Source: a bacterium (GTDB taxonomy: Bacteria; Vulcanimicrobiota; Xenobia; Xenobiales; Xenobiaceae). Taken from it: DNA of 64,000 nt. Position numbers and translations under genes: made by a program. Positions 16,317 to 25,684 of this stretch are shown here, in pieces. The first letter of the stretch is position 1. The number at the start of each line of letters is the position of its first letter. Location: assembly GCA_030535355.1 (NCBI GenBank), contig JAUNIO010000011.1, positions 399-64,398 of the forward strand, given 5' to 3'. The notes beneath the pieces were generated by a model. It was not told the DNA's origin and ran no database searches. It saw nothing but the letters and a program-made list of their open reading frames with translations.

Positions 16317-19010
16317 ATGAACCCACTCAGCGGTATGCCCAACATACAGATGCCGAACATTAACTTCGCGGAGATTGCTAACGCCGCCCTGCAGGCTGTA
16401 GGCAATGGAACCGTTAAAGGCGGCCCAGTTCTGAATTTAGATAATATGACAGCCGACAGCGTCGACTTAACAGAGCAGGCTGCAGCGGCCAGCAAGAGCG
16501 ACGCCGAAACTGCCGAAACCGAAGAGACCAACGCTTCTCCCCGCAATGCGGCCACGGAGAACGCCGAAGATTACAGCAAGTTCACCGAAACATTCACCAA
16601 AGACAACGTGGCCTCTCTGCTAGGTCTCGACCCTAATAATCTCACCGAGCAGCAGAACAAAGACCTCACCGAGCTTCTCTACAATCTGAACACAGCCAAC
16701 GCCGAACGCGAAAAGAACGGCGAACCGGCTATGACCAAAGACGAGCTTAACCAATTCCTTAAGGACGAGATCAACAAGAACAAGAACGGCGAAGAGTCTT
16801 CGCTGGGCAAATCTCTGAGCGAGTTAGGCGTCGACGAACTCTCCGACGAGCAGTTCCAGAAGATCAACGAAGCTTTGAACGCCTATAACAAAGGCGAAGC
16901 ACTGCCCACAGAGGAAAAGCCTCAAGACGCTGAAGAGGTCCAGCAAGCTCAGGACGCCGGCAACGCCAATGAAGCCGGCGGCGCTGGAGGAGCCGGCGGT
17001 GCCGGAGGCGCAGGAGGTGTTGGAGGCGGCGGAAACGTTGGAAATACCAAGCAAGCCGCCCAGGAAGAAAAATTGCCCGAGAACCTCGACGAACTGCGGC
17101 AGATGAAATCCAAAGAAGAGGGCGAATTAGGCGATCTCAAGAATCAGATCGACGACAAGAAGGGCAAGATCAACGACCGTAAAGAGGAAGTTGCCAAGGA
17201 AGCTTTAGGCGACAAAACGACTAAGGAGCAGAGAGAGCAACTCGAAGCTTACGAGGAAGCCAAGCAAGAGTTTAATGAAGCGAAAACTGCCAAGCAGACC
17301 GCCCAGAACGACCTCACCAAAGCTGAACAGGAATCCTGCACCAACGAACAGGCTCTGTGCACCAATGCCAACGCCAAAGCCCAGAACGCTTCTGAATTAA
17401 GCGCAGCCCAAAATGAATTGGCTTCCTTGAAGCCTCCTACACCTCCCAGTGGCGATGATGAAGACGGCAGCGCTCAGGCCGCTTACCAGTCTGAGCTTCA
17501 GGCCTACAACGATAAAAAGAATGAGATTCAGAACAGAATCAACGACTTAAACAATAAAAAATCTCAGCTAGAGCAAGAGTTCAGCAAGCTCCAGGAGACC
17601 AAAGCTCAGTTAGAGCAGACCAAAGCCGAAAAGAAAGCCGAGATCCAAGAGCAGGACGGCAAGATGAAGGCCGCTCAGGACAAGATGGACCAGGCCATGG
17701 AAAAGCTGAAGGAGGACAGCCCCGAGGTCAAGGAAGCTCTGGAAAAAGATGAAGAGCTGAAGCAGCTGGAAGCCGATATTAAAGAGCTAGATACCCAGGT
17801 CCAAGAAAAACAGCAGCACATCGACAAGATCGACGCTAAGATCTCTGAAGTGGAAGCTCAGGACGAAAATGTCCAAGCTATGCGCGAAGAAGAAGCCGAT
17901 CAGGCCTTCCAGAAAGCCGCTAAAGATGCGGGTGCCGATATTGAAGGTTCCACTCAGAAGACCCAAGAGGCTGTGGCTCAGGATAAATACGGCAAAGCCT
18001 ACGCTGATCTCACCGAAGACGAGAAACGCGCCATCGAAGTTGAGGTCGACGGCCGGGTCACCACTGAGACCATGGAATGGGCCAAGGACAAGCTCAAAGA
18101 CGATCCCGAGAATAAAGAAGCCAAAGAGGTTTTGGAAAAGGGCCAGGGCAACCTCGATGCTCAGAAAGATGTCGCTTTCTGCGGCCTGAGCCACGCCATT
18201 GACGAGATGCCTCGCGGTATGCGCGACGGTGCCAGCGAAGCCATGGAAAAAGCCATCGAAGAGGCTGAAGCCAAGGGTGAAGACGCCAACCTCGCCGCCA
18301 TGAACGCCCTGTCCAAGTTCGTCAGCGAGAATAAGGACAGCGCCGATCTCGATGACGAGGGCCGTGCGGCTATGGAAAAACTCGGCGTTAAGACCGATGA
18401 CTACACCAAGACGCTGCAGAGAGACAACACAGGCTACGATCTCATGGTCGAGGCTGGTTTGGCTGAAGCTGACGAGACCCGCACCAAAGCCACCGACGAA
18501 ACCACTGCTCTGTACGCTCAGGTGAAGACCGGGGCTATGTCGCAGAACATCGCCAGCATGTTGGAGGCCATGAAGGGCATGGTCGGCTTGAGCGAGCATA
18601 ACGGCTCCGATGCCGCCAAGATCAACGAGATCACCAGAAAGAGCGGCATCAACTGCCAGACCACCCCTTGGTGCGCGGCTTACGCCATGAACATGCTCAA
18701 AGATTTCGGAGTTTTGGACAGCTCTTCGTGCGCGAACATCAATTACTGCCCCGAAATCCGCAGCTGGGCCAAAGGTCAAGGTCTGTGGGAAGGACGCGGT
18801 TACGAGCCTCAGCCCGGCGATGCTATCCTCTTCGACTGGAACGGCGATGGAACTGCTCAGCACATCGGCGTGGTCTCCGGTTACGATCCCGATACCGGCA
18901 CGATTTACACCATTGAGGGCAACTCCAGCGACTCGGTCAGAGAAAAATCCTACAGTCTTAACCAAGCCTGCGTGATGGGCTTTATCAACTGCGGCAAACA
19001 ACAGCAGTAG
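16317..19010 (+). CDS. Long coiled-coil protein with C-terminal CHAP domain, paralog 2
   Basis: Collinear with 13422-16079 (shared 'NVASLLGLDPNNLTEQQNKDLTELLYNLNTANAEREK'); 'PWCAAYA...GDAILFDWNGDGTAQHIGVV...TIEGNSS'; RBS GGAGG. Confidence 0.85.
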   Translation: MNPLSGMPNIQMPNINFAEIANAALQAVGNGTVKGGPVLNLDNMTADSVDLTEQAAAASKSDAETAETEETNASPRNAATENAEDYSKFTETFTKDNVASLLGLDPNNLTEQQNKDLTELLYNLNTANAEREKNGEPAMTKDELNQFLKDEINKNKNGEESSLGKSLSELGVDELSDEQFQKINEALNAYNKGEALPTEEKPQDAEEVQQAQDAGNANEAGGAGGAGGAGGAGGVGGGGNVGNTKQAAQEEKLPENLDELRQMKSKEEGELGDLKNQIDDKKGKINDRKEEVAKEALGDKTTKEQREQLEAYEEAKQEFNEAKTAKQTAQNDLTKAEQESCTNEQALCTNANAKAQNASELSAAQNELASLKPPTPPSGDDEDGSAQAAYQSELQAYNDKKNEIQNRINDLNNKKSQLEQEFSKLQETKAQLEQTKAEKKAEIQEQDGKMKAAQDKMDQAMEKLKEDSPEVKEALEKDEELKQLEADIKELDTQVQEKQQHIDKIDAKISEVEAQDENVQAMREEEADQAFQKAAKDAGADIEGSTQKTQEAVAQDKYGKAYADLTEDEKRAIEVEVDGRVTTETMEWAKDKLKDDPENKEAKEVLEKGQGNLDAQKDVAFCGLSHAIDEMPRGMRDGASEAMEKAIEEAEAKGEDANLAAMNALSKFVSENKDSADLDDEGRAAMEKLGVKTDDYTKTLQRDNTGYDLMVEAGLAEADETRTKATDETTALYAQVKTGAMSQNIASMLEAMKGMVGLSEHNGSDAAKINEITRKSGINCQTTPWCAAYAMNMLKDFGVLDSSSCANINYCPEIRSWAKGQGLWEGRGYEPQPGDAILFDWNGDGTAQHIGVVSGYDPDTGTIYTIEGNSSDSVREKSYSLNQACVMGFINCGKQQQ

Positions 19011-19063
19011 TTTATGATTCCCTAAGCTAAAACCAGTTTTACATTTCTGAAATAGCAGTATAA

Positions 19064-19104
19064 TGATGGCGCTGATCACCCAGGTGAACGGCGCCATCAC
19101 TTTT
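19064..19104 (+). terminator. Long GC hairpin after CHAP paralog 2, probable terminator
   Basis: TGATGGCGCTG-A-TCACC-CA-GGTGA-A-CGGCGCCATCA followed by CTTTT. Confidence 0.55.
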
Positions 19105-19135
19105 GAGACCGTGGTACGGTCAGCAGGGGGCGCTT

Positions 19136-19543
19136 ATGAAAAAACAACTAATCACTGCGGCCTTGGCCTTCACATTAGCCACTTCAGCTGCTCTGGCTGC
19201 AATTCCCAGAGGCAGTTTAGATTGGATCGACAGCGTCCCTGGTCTGAAACTGCACAAGATCGATTACGATCACGATGAGCTGCAAAAAGAATACACATTT
19301 GTTTCAGAATCCAGTTATCAGGCCGTAGTCCACGGGTTTACGCAAAAAGGCTGGCAGATCACCGGCAAAGTTCCTGAATATGGGGCACCGAATATGCCTA
19401 CGGTTTTCCTGGTGAAAAATAATCTCAGAGCCAAAATCGACGTAGATCACAAATATGGCTATCAGGGAGATTATTTCAAATTAGAAGTTGAGATCAAAGC
19501 CCCTGATTACGACCACGACTACGATGACGACTACGACGATTAG
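19136..19543 (+). CDS. Small exported hypothetical protein, paralog 1
   Basis: Start reassigned to MKKQLITAALAFTLATSAALA (Sec signal; AGGGGG RBS); acidic DY-repeat tail; paralog of 19723-20100. Confidence 0.78.
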   Translation: MKKQLITAALAFTLATSAALAAIPRGSLDWIDSVPGLKLHKIDYDHDELQKEYTFVSESSYQAVVHGFTQKGWQITGKVPEYGAPNMPTVFLVKNNLRAKIDVDHKYGYQGDYFKLEVEIKAPDYDHDYDDDYDD

Positions 19544-19603
19544 CTGTTCCCTGGGAATATGGTATTCAGCGCGGCAACTAGAGCTGAACCGTACCTAAGC
19601 GTC

Positions 19604-19645
19604 TAATAATTCTGCAAGAGTCTCTGATTCTTAGCAGAATTATTA
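19604..19645 (+). terminator. Hairpin after small protein 1
   Basis: TAATAATTCTGCAAGA...TCTTAGCAGAATTATTA; homologous to 20188-20228. Confidence 0.55.
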
Positions 19646-19722
19646 TTTTATCCGATGGCATTGCGTTAAGGCTTGATGACATTGGAGATGATAATTATGC
19701 ACAATAATCAATAGGGGTCTAT

Positions 19723-20100
19723 ATGAAAAAACAGCTCTTACTTATAGCTTTCGCGCTCGCCCTAACCACTTCCGCGGCTTGGGCCGCCCTCAGCAAAAAC
19801 AGCCTGGATTGGATAGACCGCATTCCCGGCCTTAAATTGTATTCTGCCGAATATGAGCGCAGTGAATTGGAAAAGAACTATACTTTTACCGCCAAATCGA
19901 GCTATGAAGCCGTAGTCAGCGGTTTTAAACAAAAGGGCTGGCAGGTTACAGGCAAGATCACTGACGACAATGCCCCGGAGATGCCTACTATCTTCTTAAA
20001 TCAAAACAGCTTAAGGGCCAAAGTCGAAGTCGATCGCGAAGAGGGAGCGAAGGGCGTATTTTATAAGATGGAAGTTAGAGTAGAGGAACCCCGTAAGTAA
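19723..20100 (+). CDS. Small exported hypothetical protein, paralog 2
   Basis: Signal MKKQLLLIAFALALTTSAAWA; shares 'SLDWID.PGLKL', 'SSY.AVV.GF.QKGWQ.TGK', 'AP.MPT.FL..N.LRAK' with 19136-19543. Confidence 0.8.
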   Translation: MKKQLLLIAFALALTTSAAWAALSKNSLDWIDRIPGLKLYSAEYERSELEKNYTFTAKSSYEAVVSGFKQKGWQVTGKITDDNAPEMPTIFLNQNSLRAKVEVDREEGAKGVFYKMEVRVEEPRK

Positions 20101-20187
20101 CGCAAGTAACGTACGTTATGTAAGTAAACCTCAGCGTATCTTCACGCCAGCCGTCCCGCCGCAATTATTAAACCTTAAATGCACTCG

Positions 20188-20228
20188 AAAAGTTCTGCAA
20201 GAATAACTGTTTCTTTGCAGAACTTTTT
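20188..20228 (+). terminator. Hairpin/terminator after small protein 2
   Basis: AAAAGTTCTGCAAGA...TCTTTGCAGAACTTTTT. Confidence 0.65.
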
Positions 20229-20278
20229 ATTTACTAGCAATTATTTGGAGGAGGGGAATGATTTCCCCTAGTTGTTGA

Positions 20279-21448
20279 ATGATTAAACGTGCTATTATTC
20301 TTGTTATGGACGGCTGCGGTGCCGGAACAGCTCCCGATGCCGCCTTTTTTGGCGATACCGGAGACTGCTGCGGCAATACTTTAGTTAATACAGCCAAAGC
20401 CGTAGGCGGCTTAAAAATTCCCACTTTGCGCTCTTTAGGCTTAGGCAATGCCCTGCCGCTCGAAGGCGGAGCGCCTGTAGCGGCACCTATTGGTTCCTTT
20501 GGCCGCCTAACCGAAATTTCCATGGGCGGTAAAGACACCGTCACCGGCCACTGGGAGATGATGGGCGCGACTGTGCCCAAGCCCTTCCCCACCTACCCCG
20601 ATGGTTTTCCCGCCGATCTCGTCAAGGCTTTCGAAGAAGCTATTGGCATCGAAGTTTTAGGCAACAAACCGGCCTCTGGCACCGCTATCATAGCTGAGCT
20701 GGGCGAAGAGCACATGCGCACCAAAAAGCCCATTCTCTACACCAGCGCCGACAGCGTATTTCAGGTGGCCTGCCACGAAGATGTCTATCCCATTGAAAAG
20801 CTTTACGAAATTTGCTTAGCCGGGCGTAAGCTTTTAACTGGAGAACATGGCGTGCAGCGCGTAATTGCCCGTCCTTTCGAGGGACAGCCCGGAGCCTTCC
20901 GCCGCACCGAACGCCGCAAAGATTTCCCCATCGATCCCCCGGAAAACACCATTGACCGTCTAGCCGCTAAAGGCATCAAAGTCGCCGGTGTGGGCGTAGT
21001 GCCCGAAGTATTCGGCGGGCGCGGATTTTCTTGGAAAAAACGCACTCAGACCAACGCCGATCACTTTGCCGCTACTTTGGAAGCCATGGAGAGCGACTGC
21101 CGCTTTATCTTCACCAACTTCGAAGACTTCGATATGCTCTATGGCCACCGCCAGGACCCGCAGGGATTTGCTAAGGCTCTGGAAACATTTGACGGCTATC
21201 TCAAGGAGATCATGTCCCGCATGACCGAAGAGGACATCGTCTTCCTGACCGCCGACCATGGCAACGACCCCACCAGCCCCAGCACTGACCATGCCCGCGA
21301 ATACGTGCCCATTTTAATGTATTCCCCGTCCTTAGAGGTCCCGCGCGGTATAGACTTCGGCACGCGCAAAACCATGGCCGACATCGGTGCCACCCTGGCT
21401 AAGATATTCGCGGTCGAACCTTTGAGCTTAGGCACTTCGCTTTTATAA
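20279..21448 (+). CDS. deoB: Phosphopentomutase
   Basis: 'ILVMDGCG', 'GKDTVTGHWEM', 'YTSADSVFQ', 'RVIARPF', 'DFDMLYGHR', 'TADHGNDP', 'TDHAREYVP'. Confidence 0.95.
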   Translation: MIKRAIILVMDGCGAGTAPDAAFFGDTGDCCGNTLVNTAKAVGGLKIPTLRSLGLGNALPLEGGAPVAAPIGSFGRLTEISMGGKDTVTGHWEMMGATVPKPFPTYPDGFPADLVKAFEEAIGIEVLGNKPASGTAIIAELGEEHMRTKKPILYTSADSVFQVACHEDVYPIEKLYEICLAGRKLLTGEHGVQRVIARPFEGQPGAFRRTERRKDFPIDPPENTIDRLAAKGIKVAGVGVVPEVFGGRGFSWKKRTQTNADHFAATLEAMESDCRFIFTNFEDFDMLYGHRQDPQGFAKALETFDGYLKEIMSRMTEEDIVFLTADHGNDPTSPSTDHAREYVPILMYSPSLEVPRGIDFGTRKTMADIGATLAKIFAVEPLSLGTSLL

Positions 21449-21480
21449 GTACACCCCAAACGTAACGTATAACCATTTCC

Positions 21481-21516
21481 CATAAAAAAGGCAGCCCAAA
21501 TGCTGCCTTTTTTATG
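21481..21516. terminator. Bidirectional intrinsic terminator
   Basis: CATAAAAAAGGCAGC-CCAAAT-GCTGCCTTTTTTATG between convergent genes. Confidence 0.85.
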
Positions 21517-21547
21517 CTTACTATCAGCCTACCCGCAAAAATTCACT

Positions 21548-21808
21548 TTACCGGCGGATAAAAAAATCCCAGATAAACTCTAAAATCTCCCAGCCCCAGC
21601 TGCCTCTCCGGCCTAGTCTGTCGAAATCTATATGCTCATCTCCGCGATAGCGGGTCTTCAAAGATTTATAGTACTTGCGATCAGCAGCGCTTAATTCGTG
21701 ATCCGGCTTTCTTTTCTTGGAAGACTGCTCCATATAGGGGTTGGAAAGGTCGTACTCCTTGTATTCGCTATTGTTAGAATTGGAGTAATCAGAAGCATCG
21801 TAGGCCAT
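21548..21808 (-). CDS. Small hypothetical protein (86 aa)
   Basis: ATG preceded by GGAGGA; ends at the bidirectional terminator; Trp/Phe-rich amphipathic C-terminus. Confidence 0.6.
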   Translation of the reverse strand: MAYDASDYSNSNNSEYKEYDLSNPYMEQSSKKRKPDHELSAADRKYYKSLKTRYRGDEHIDFDRLGRRGSWGWEILEFIWDFFIRR

Positions 21809-21822
21809 ATGTTTGTTCCTCC

Positions 21823-22005
21823 GTAACCGTCAAATATGCTTGTTGCTACATTTTGCGACACGTTAATGTTTGAGTTATAGCTAATTTAATGGTCAGGCTA
21901 ACATTCGATTCCCCTACAGCTTTGCCCCCCATTTGTCGCAGTTGCGACATCTTGTATTTGCATATTCGCAAACTCAGCACCTGGCTTTATTGCGTCAGCA
22001 TCTGA
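21823..22005 (-). repeat. Dispersed repeat copy (partial B, C, D)
   Basis: Reverse complement contains GCTGACGCAATAAAGCCAGGTGCTGAG, CAAAGCTGTAGGG and TTAGCTATAACTCAAACATTAACGTGTCGCAAAATGTAGCAACAAGCATATTTGACGGTTAC, collinear with 12990-13251. Confidence 0.75.
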
Positions 22006-22078
22006 CTAGAAACTGTCTCTGCCAATTATACCATTATTAGCACGCGGTGTCACATAAAATGCAGCCAAGATCATCCCA

Positions 22079-24229
22079 TTATTCGCGTTCCCGCATACTT
22101 AGCGAGATGCGCTTTTTGCCCACATCTACGCTGAGCACTCTGACATCTACGACATCGCCAACGGTGACAATGTCAGAAGGGTGTCTGACATAAACATCGG
22201 CCAATTCCGAAATATGCACCAAACCGTCCTGGTGCACACCGATATCGACGAAAGCTCCAAAATCGACGACATTGCGCACCGTACCCCGCAGTTTCATGCC
22301 CGGCTGCAGATCTTCCATACTCATTATGTCAGTGCGCAGCAGCACTGGATTTAGCTCTTCTCTAGGGTCTCGGCCCGGCTTAAGCAGCTCTTTAACTATG
22401 TCCTGAAGCGTCAAAAGCCCGACCTGACATTCCTTAGCTAAGGATGCCATATCGAGATTCTTGGTCTTCTGGGCTAGTTCCGCGCACTGAGCTTTAGTAA
22501 ACGTTTTAGCCTTTAGGCCACAGCGTTCCAAAACTGCCGAAGCCACCCCGTACGATTCGGGATGCACACCGGTATTGTCAAGAATTTGGGGGCTGTCGGG
22601 CACCCTAAGAAAACCTGCGCATTGCTCAAAGCATTTGGGGCCAATTTTAGCTACTTTTAGAACAGCCTTACGGTTGGGGAAAGGCCCGTTTTCTTCGCGG
22701 TATTTGACAATATTATGAGCTGTCGCGGAGCTGAGCCCCGCTACATGCTGCAGCAGAGAAGCCGAAGCGGTATTGAGATCGACACCCACGCTGTTGACAC
22801 AGTCTTCAACTACACCAGCCAGCGTTTCGTCGAGCTGGGCCGCAGGAACATCGTGCTGATACTGGCCAACGCCGATAGATTTGGGGTCGATTTTAACCAG
22901 CTCCGCCAGAGGGTCCTGCAAACGCCGGGCAATAGACACCGCACTGCGCAAAGAGACATCATATTGGGGAAATTCTTCCGCAGCCAGCTTAGAGGCCGAG
23001 TAAACGGAAGCACCGGCTTCATTAACCATAGCGTAAGCCACACCCTCAACTTCGTGAAGCAGATCGGCTACAAAGATTTCCGACTCTTTAGAGGCTGTAC
23101 CGTTGCCGATAGCGATAACTTCTATATGATGTTTAGCTATCAGCTCTTTGAGAACTGCTTTGGCCTTGGCTATTTCATTATGGGGAGGAGTGGGATAGAT
23201 GACGGCTGTGTCCAAAACTTTTCCTGTAGGCCCGATCACCGCCAGCTTGCAGCCCGTGCGATAAGCCGGATCGAACCCCAAAATGACTTTGTCTTTGACC
23301 GGGGCCTGCAGCAGCAGAGGTTTTAAATTGAGAGCGAACATTTTAATGGCCTGGGCATTGGCCTTTTCAGTCAGCTGCGAGCGCACCTCTCTTTCGATAG
23401 CCGGAGAGATCAGCCTGCCATAAGCATCTCGGGCGGCCTCGGCGACAAAAGCGCCGGCTGCACTGCCCGGACATACAGTTTTGCGCAAAATCTGCTGCAG
23501 AGCGCGTTCATCATCCCAAGCCAAAGCTACCTTTAAGACCTTCTCTTTTTCCCCGCGATTCATAGCCAAAATGCGATGAGCGGGCAAAGTCTTGACGCTC
23601 TCCTGAAAATCGCTGTACAAACTATACACGCTATCGCCGTCAGTTGCCCCCACACTCTTAAACATAGCGCGTTCCTGCACAAACTGACGCAGTAGCTGAC
23701 GCACTTCAGCGTCATCGGAGACATATTCAGCAATGATGTCTTTAGCTCCAGACAAGGCCTGACTTATGTCAGACACTTCCTTTTCGGGTTTAACATAGGC
23801 CTGTGCCCATTCTTCCAAACTCCCACTGCGCTCTTTTTGGGCCCAGATTTTTTGAGCTAAAGGCTCCAGCCCTTTCTCTTTAGCTATAGAGGCCCGCGTA
23901 CGCCGTTTGGGCTTGAAAGGCCGATAAATATCCTCTATTTCCGCTAAAGTCGCAGCGCCTTCCAAAGCCAGCTGCAGTTGGGGAGTAAGCTTCTGCAAAG
24001 ACTGCAGGGAGGACGCCACTTCATCCCGGCGTTCCTGCAAACGGCGCAAATAATCTAAACGCTCGCTCAGTTCACGCAGCAGCTGGTCGTCCATACCTCC
24101 GTGAACTTCTTTGCGGTAACGAGCTATAAAAGGAATGGTATTGCCCTCATCTATCAGTTTGACAACGCTGCTGACCTCTTTGACACCGCACTTAAATTCC
24201 TGGGCCAACAAAGCGCAAATATCGGACAT
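22079..24229 (-). CDS. tex: Tex family RNA-binding transcriptional accessory protein
   Basis: 'EGNTIPFIARYRKE', 'DPAYRTGCK', 'IGNGTASKE', 'IARRLQDPLAELVKIDPKSIGVGQYQHD', C-terminal S1 domain. Confidence 0.96.
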   Translation of the reverse strand: MSDICALLAQEFKCGVKEVSSVVKLIDEGNTIPFIARYRKEVHGGMDDQLLRELSERLDYLRRLQERRDEVASSLQSLQKLTPQLQLALEGAATLAEIEDIYRPFKPKRRTRASIAKEKGLEPLAQKIWAQKERSGSLEEWAQAYVKPEKEVSDISQALSGAKDIIAEYVSDDAEVRQLLRQFVQERAMFKSVGATDGDSVYSLYSDFQESVKTLPAHRILAMNRGEKEKVLKVALAWDDERALQQILRKTVCPGSAAGAFVAEAARDAYGRLISPAIEREVRSQLTEKANAQAIKMFALNLKPLLLQAPVKDKVILGFDPAYRTGCKLAVIGPTGKVLDTAVIYPTPPHNEIAKAKAVLKELIAKHHIEVIAIGNGTASKESEIFVADLLHEVEGVAYAMVNEAGASVYSASKLAAEEFPQYDVSLRSAVSIARRLQDPLAELVKIDPKSIGVGQYQHDVPAAQLDETLAGVVEDCVNSVGVDLNTASASLLQHVAGLSSATAHNIVKYREENGPFPNRKAVLKVAKIGPKCFEQCAGFLRVPDSPQILDNTGVHPESYGVASAVLERCGLKAKTFTKAQCAELAQKTKNLDMASLAKECQVGLLTLQDIVKELLKPGRDPREELNPVLLRTDIMSMEDLQPGMKLRGTVRNVVDFGAFVDIGVHQDGLVHISELADVYVRHPSDIVTVGDVVDVRVLSVDVGKKRISLSMRERE

Positions 24230-24301
24230 AACTCAAAACCTCTCCCTAGACTGACAATATCTAGCCATAAAGCAGCTAACTGAAATTATTAGCATATCAT
24301 A

Positions 24302-24334
24302 AGTTAGATAGTTCGCAAGTTAGCTGATCGCCAA
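24302..24334 (-). repeat. Dispersed repeat module A upstream of tex
   Basis: Reverse complement TTGGCGATCAGCTAACTTGCGAACTATCTAACT matches 32441-32474 and 12825-12850. Confidence 0.7.
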
Positions 24335-24349
24335 GCAAACATATTACCT

Positions 24350-25684
24350 TTATTCGGATTTCTGGGCTTGATTCAGAAGGCGCACCCGGCAAAGAGCTGG
24401 CACCATATCGCGGATTTCCAAAACTTCGAATTCAAGCCCCTCGTCGATGCTCACCTTATCGCCGCGCTTGGGCAGACGATCCAGTTGGTCCATGACTAAA
24501 CCGCCGACCGTATAGACTTCCTCGCGTTCAATCTCAATTTCTACTTCTTCGCCGAGGTCGTCGAGCATAACCGAGCCTTCCACCAGCCAGCATCCCGGAC
24601 CATTGGCGTCATCTGCCTTAATCGGCTCAATTTCCTCGCTGTCAAATTCGTCAAAGACTTCGCCAAAAATTTCTTCGATGATATCTTCCAGCGTCGCTAT
24701 ACCAGCTATGCCACCGAACTCGTCTACGACAGATACCATGTGCCAGCAGTTGGTGCGCATTTTATCCAATGCGTCGTTAAGGTCCATGCTCTCGGGGAAA
24801 CTGGCACATTCGCGCTTGATGTCATCCATCGTACCTTCAGCACCGTCCCAGCGGGCTTTGAAGAGGTGGCGCACATGCACCATACCCACAATATGATCTA
24901 AATTGCCATCGTAAATGGGATAGCGGCTGTAGCCCTCTTCATCAACTATGGCCAAAGCCTGCGCGATCGTCGCTTCTTTAGGAATCCCTACGACCTTCAC
25001 GCGCGGGGTCATAACCTGCCGCAAAGTATGCTGGCTCAATTCTATGACATTTTGGCACCAATCGTTATACTTACCTTCCAGCTGGCCGCGCTCGCTGCTC
25101 TCGTCAAAAGCCAAAAGCAAATCTTCTGGAGAATACTTTTCCACCTCCTGAGAAACAGGCAGATGGAGACTGCGCAACACCGTATTGCTTATGCAATCGT
25201 TAAGAAACCAAACCAAAGGCCAAAAGATAACTCCACACCAGTACATCGGCCTCTCAATCAGGCGGGCATACTTCATGGGGTTGTCTATGCCTAAACGTTT
25301 GGGCACCATTTCTCCCAGGACCACATGCAAATAGGTGATTATCAGCAAGGACAGAAAAGTAGCCGCACCGTGAGCGGCCACGTGCTGCACTTCGCATCCC
25401 AGCCAGCCGGCCAGCGCCAAAAGCTGCTGGGCCAGCGCTTTTTCACTGACATAACCTAGGACCAAACTCGCGCAGGTAACTCCTAACTGGGCTACAACTA
25501 TGTAGCGATCGCGCTTCACGCTGTCGATTAAAACGTCGTGCAGATTGCGGGCCCATTTATGCTCCTTGCCCTCCTGTTCTAGCTGCACAGGTGTCACCGA
25601 AATAGCCACAAACTCTGCCAGGACGAAGAAAGCGTTAATAGCGATGAGAAGTATAAGCAAAGAAAGCATCAGCACGGTATTCAT
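24350..25684 (-). CDS. TlyC/CorC-type CNNM-CBS-CorC membrane protein
   Basis: 'NAFFVLAEF', 'QLGVT', 'HVVLGEMVPK', 'MTPR', 'YSRYPIY', 'VDEFGG...TLEDIIEEIFGE'. Confidence 0.9.
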   Translation of the reverse strand: MNTVLMLSLLILLIAINAFFVLAEFVAISVTPVQLEQEGKEHKWARNLHDVLIDSVKRDRYIVVAQLGVTCASLVLGYVSEKALAQQLLALAGWLGCEVQHVAAHGAATFLSLLIITYLHVVLGEMVPKRLGIDNPMKYARLIERPMYWCGVIFWPLVWFLNDCISNTVLRSLHLPVSQEVEKYSPEDLLLAFDESSERGQLEGKYNDWCQNVIELSQHTLRQVMTPRVKVVGIPKEATIAQALAIVDEEGYSRYPIYDGNLDHIVGMVHVRHLFKARWDGAEGTMDDIKRECASFPESMDLNDALDKMRTNCWHMVSVVDEFGGIAGIATLEDIIEEIFGEVFDEFDSEEIEPIKADDANGPGCWLVEGSVMLDDLGEEVEIEIEREEVYTVGGLVMDQLDRLPKRGDKVSIDEGLEFEVLEIRDMVPALCRVRLLNQAQKSE

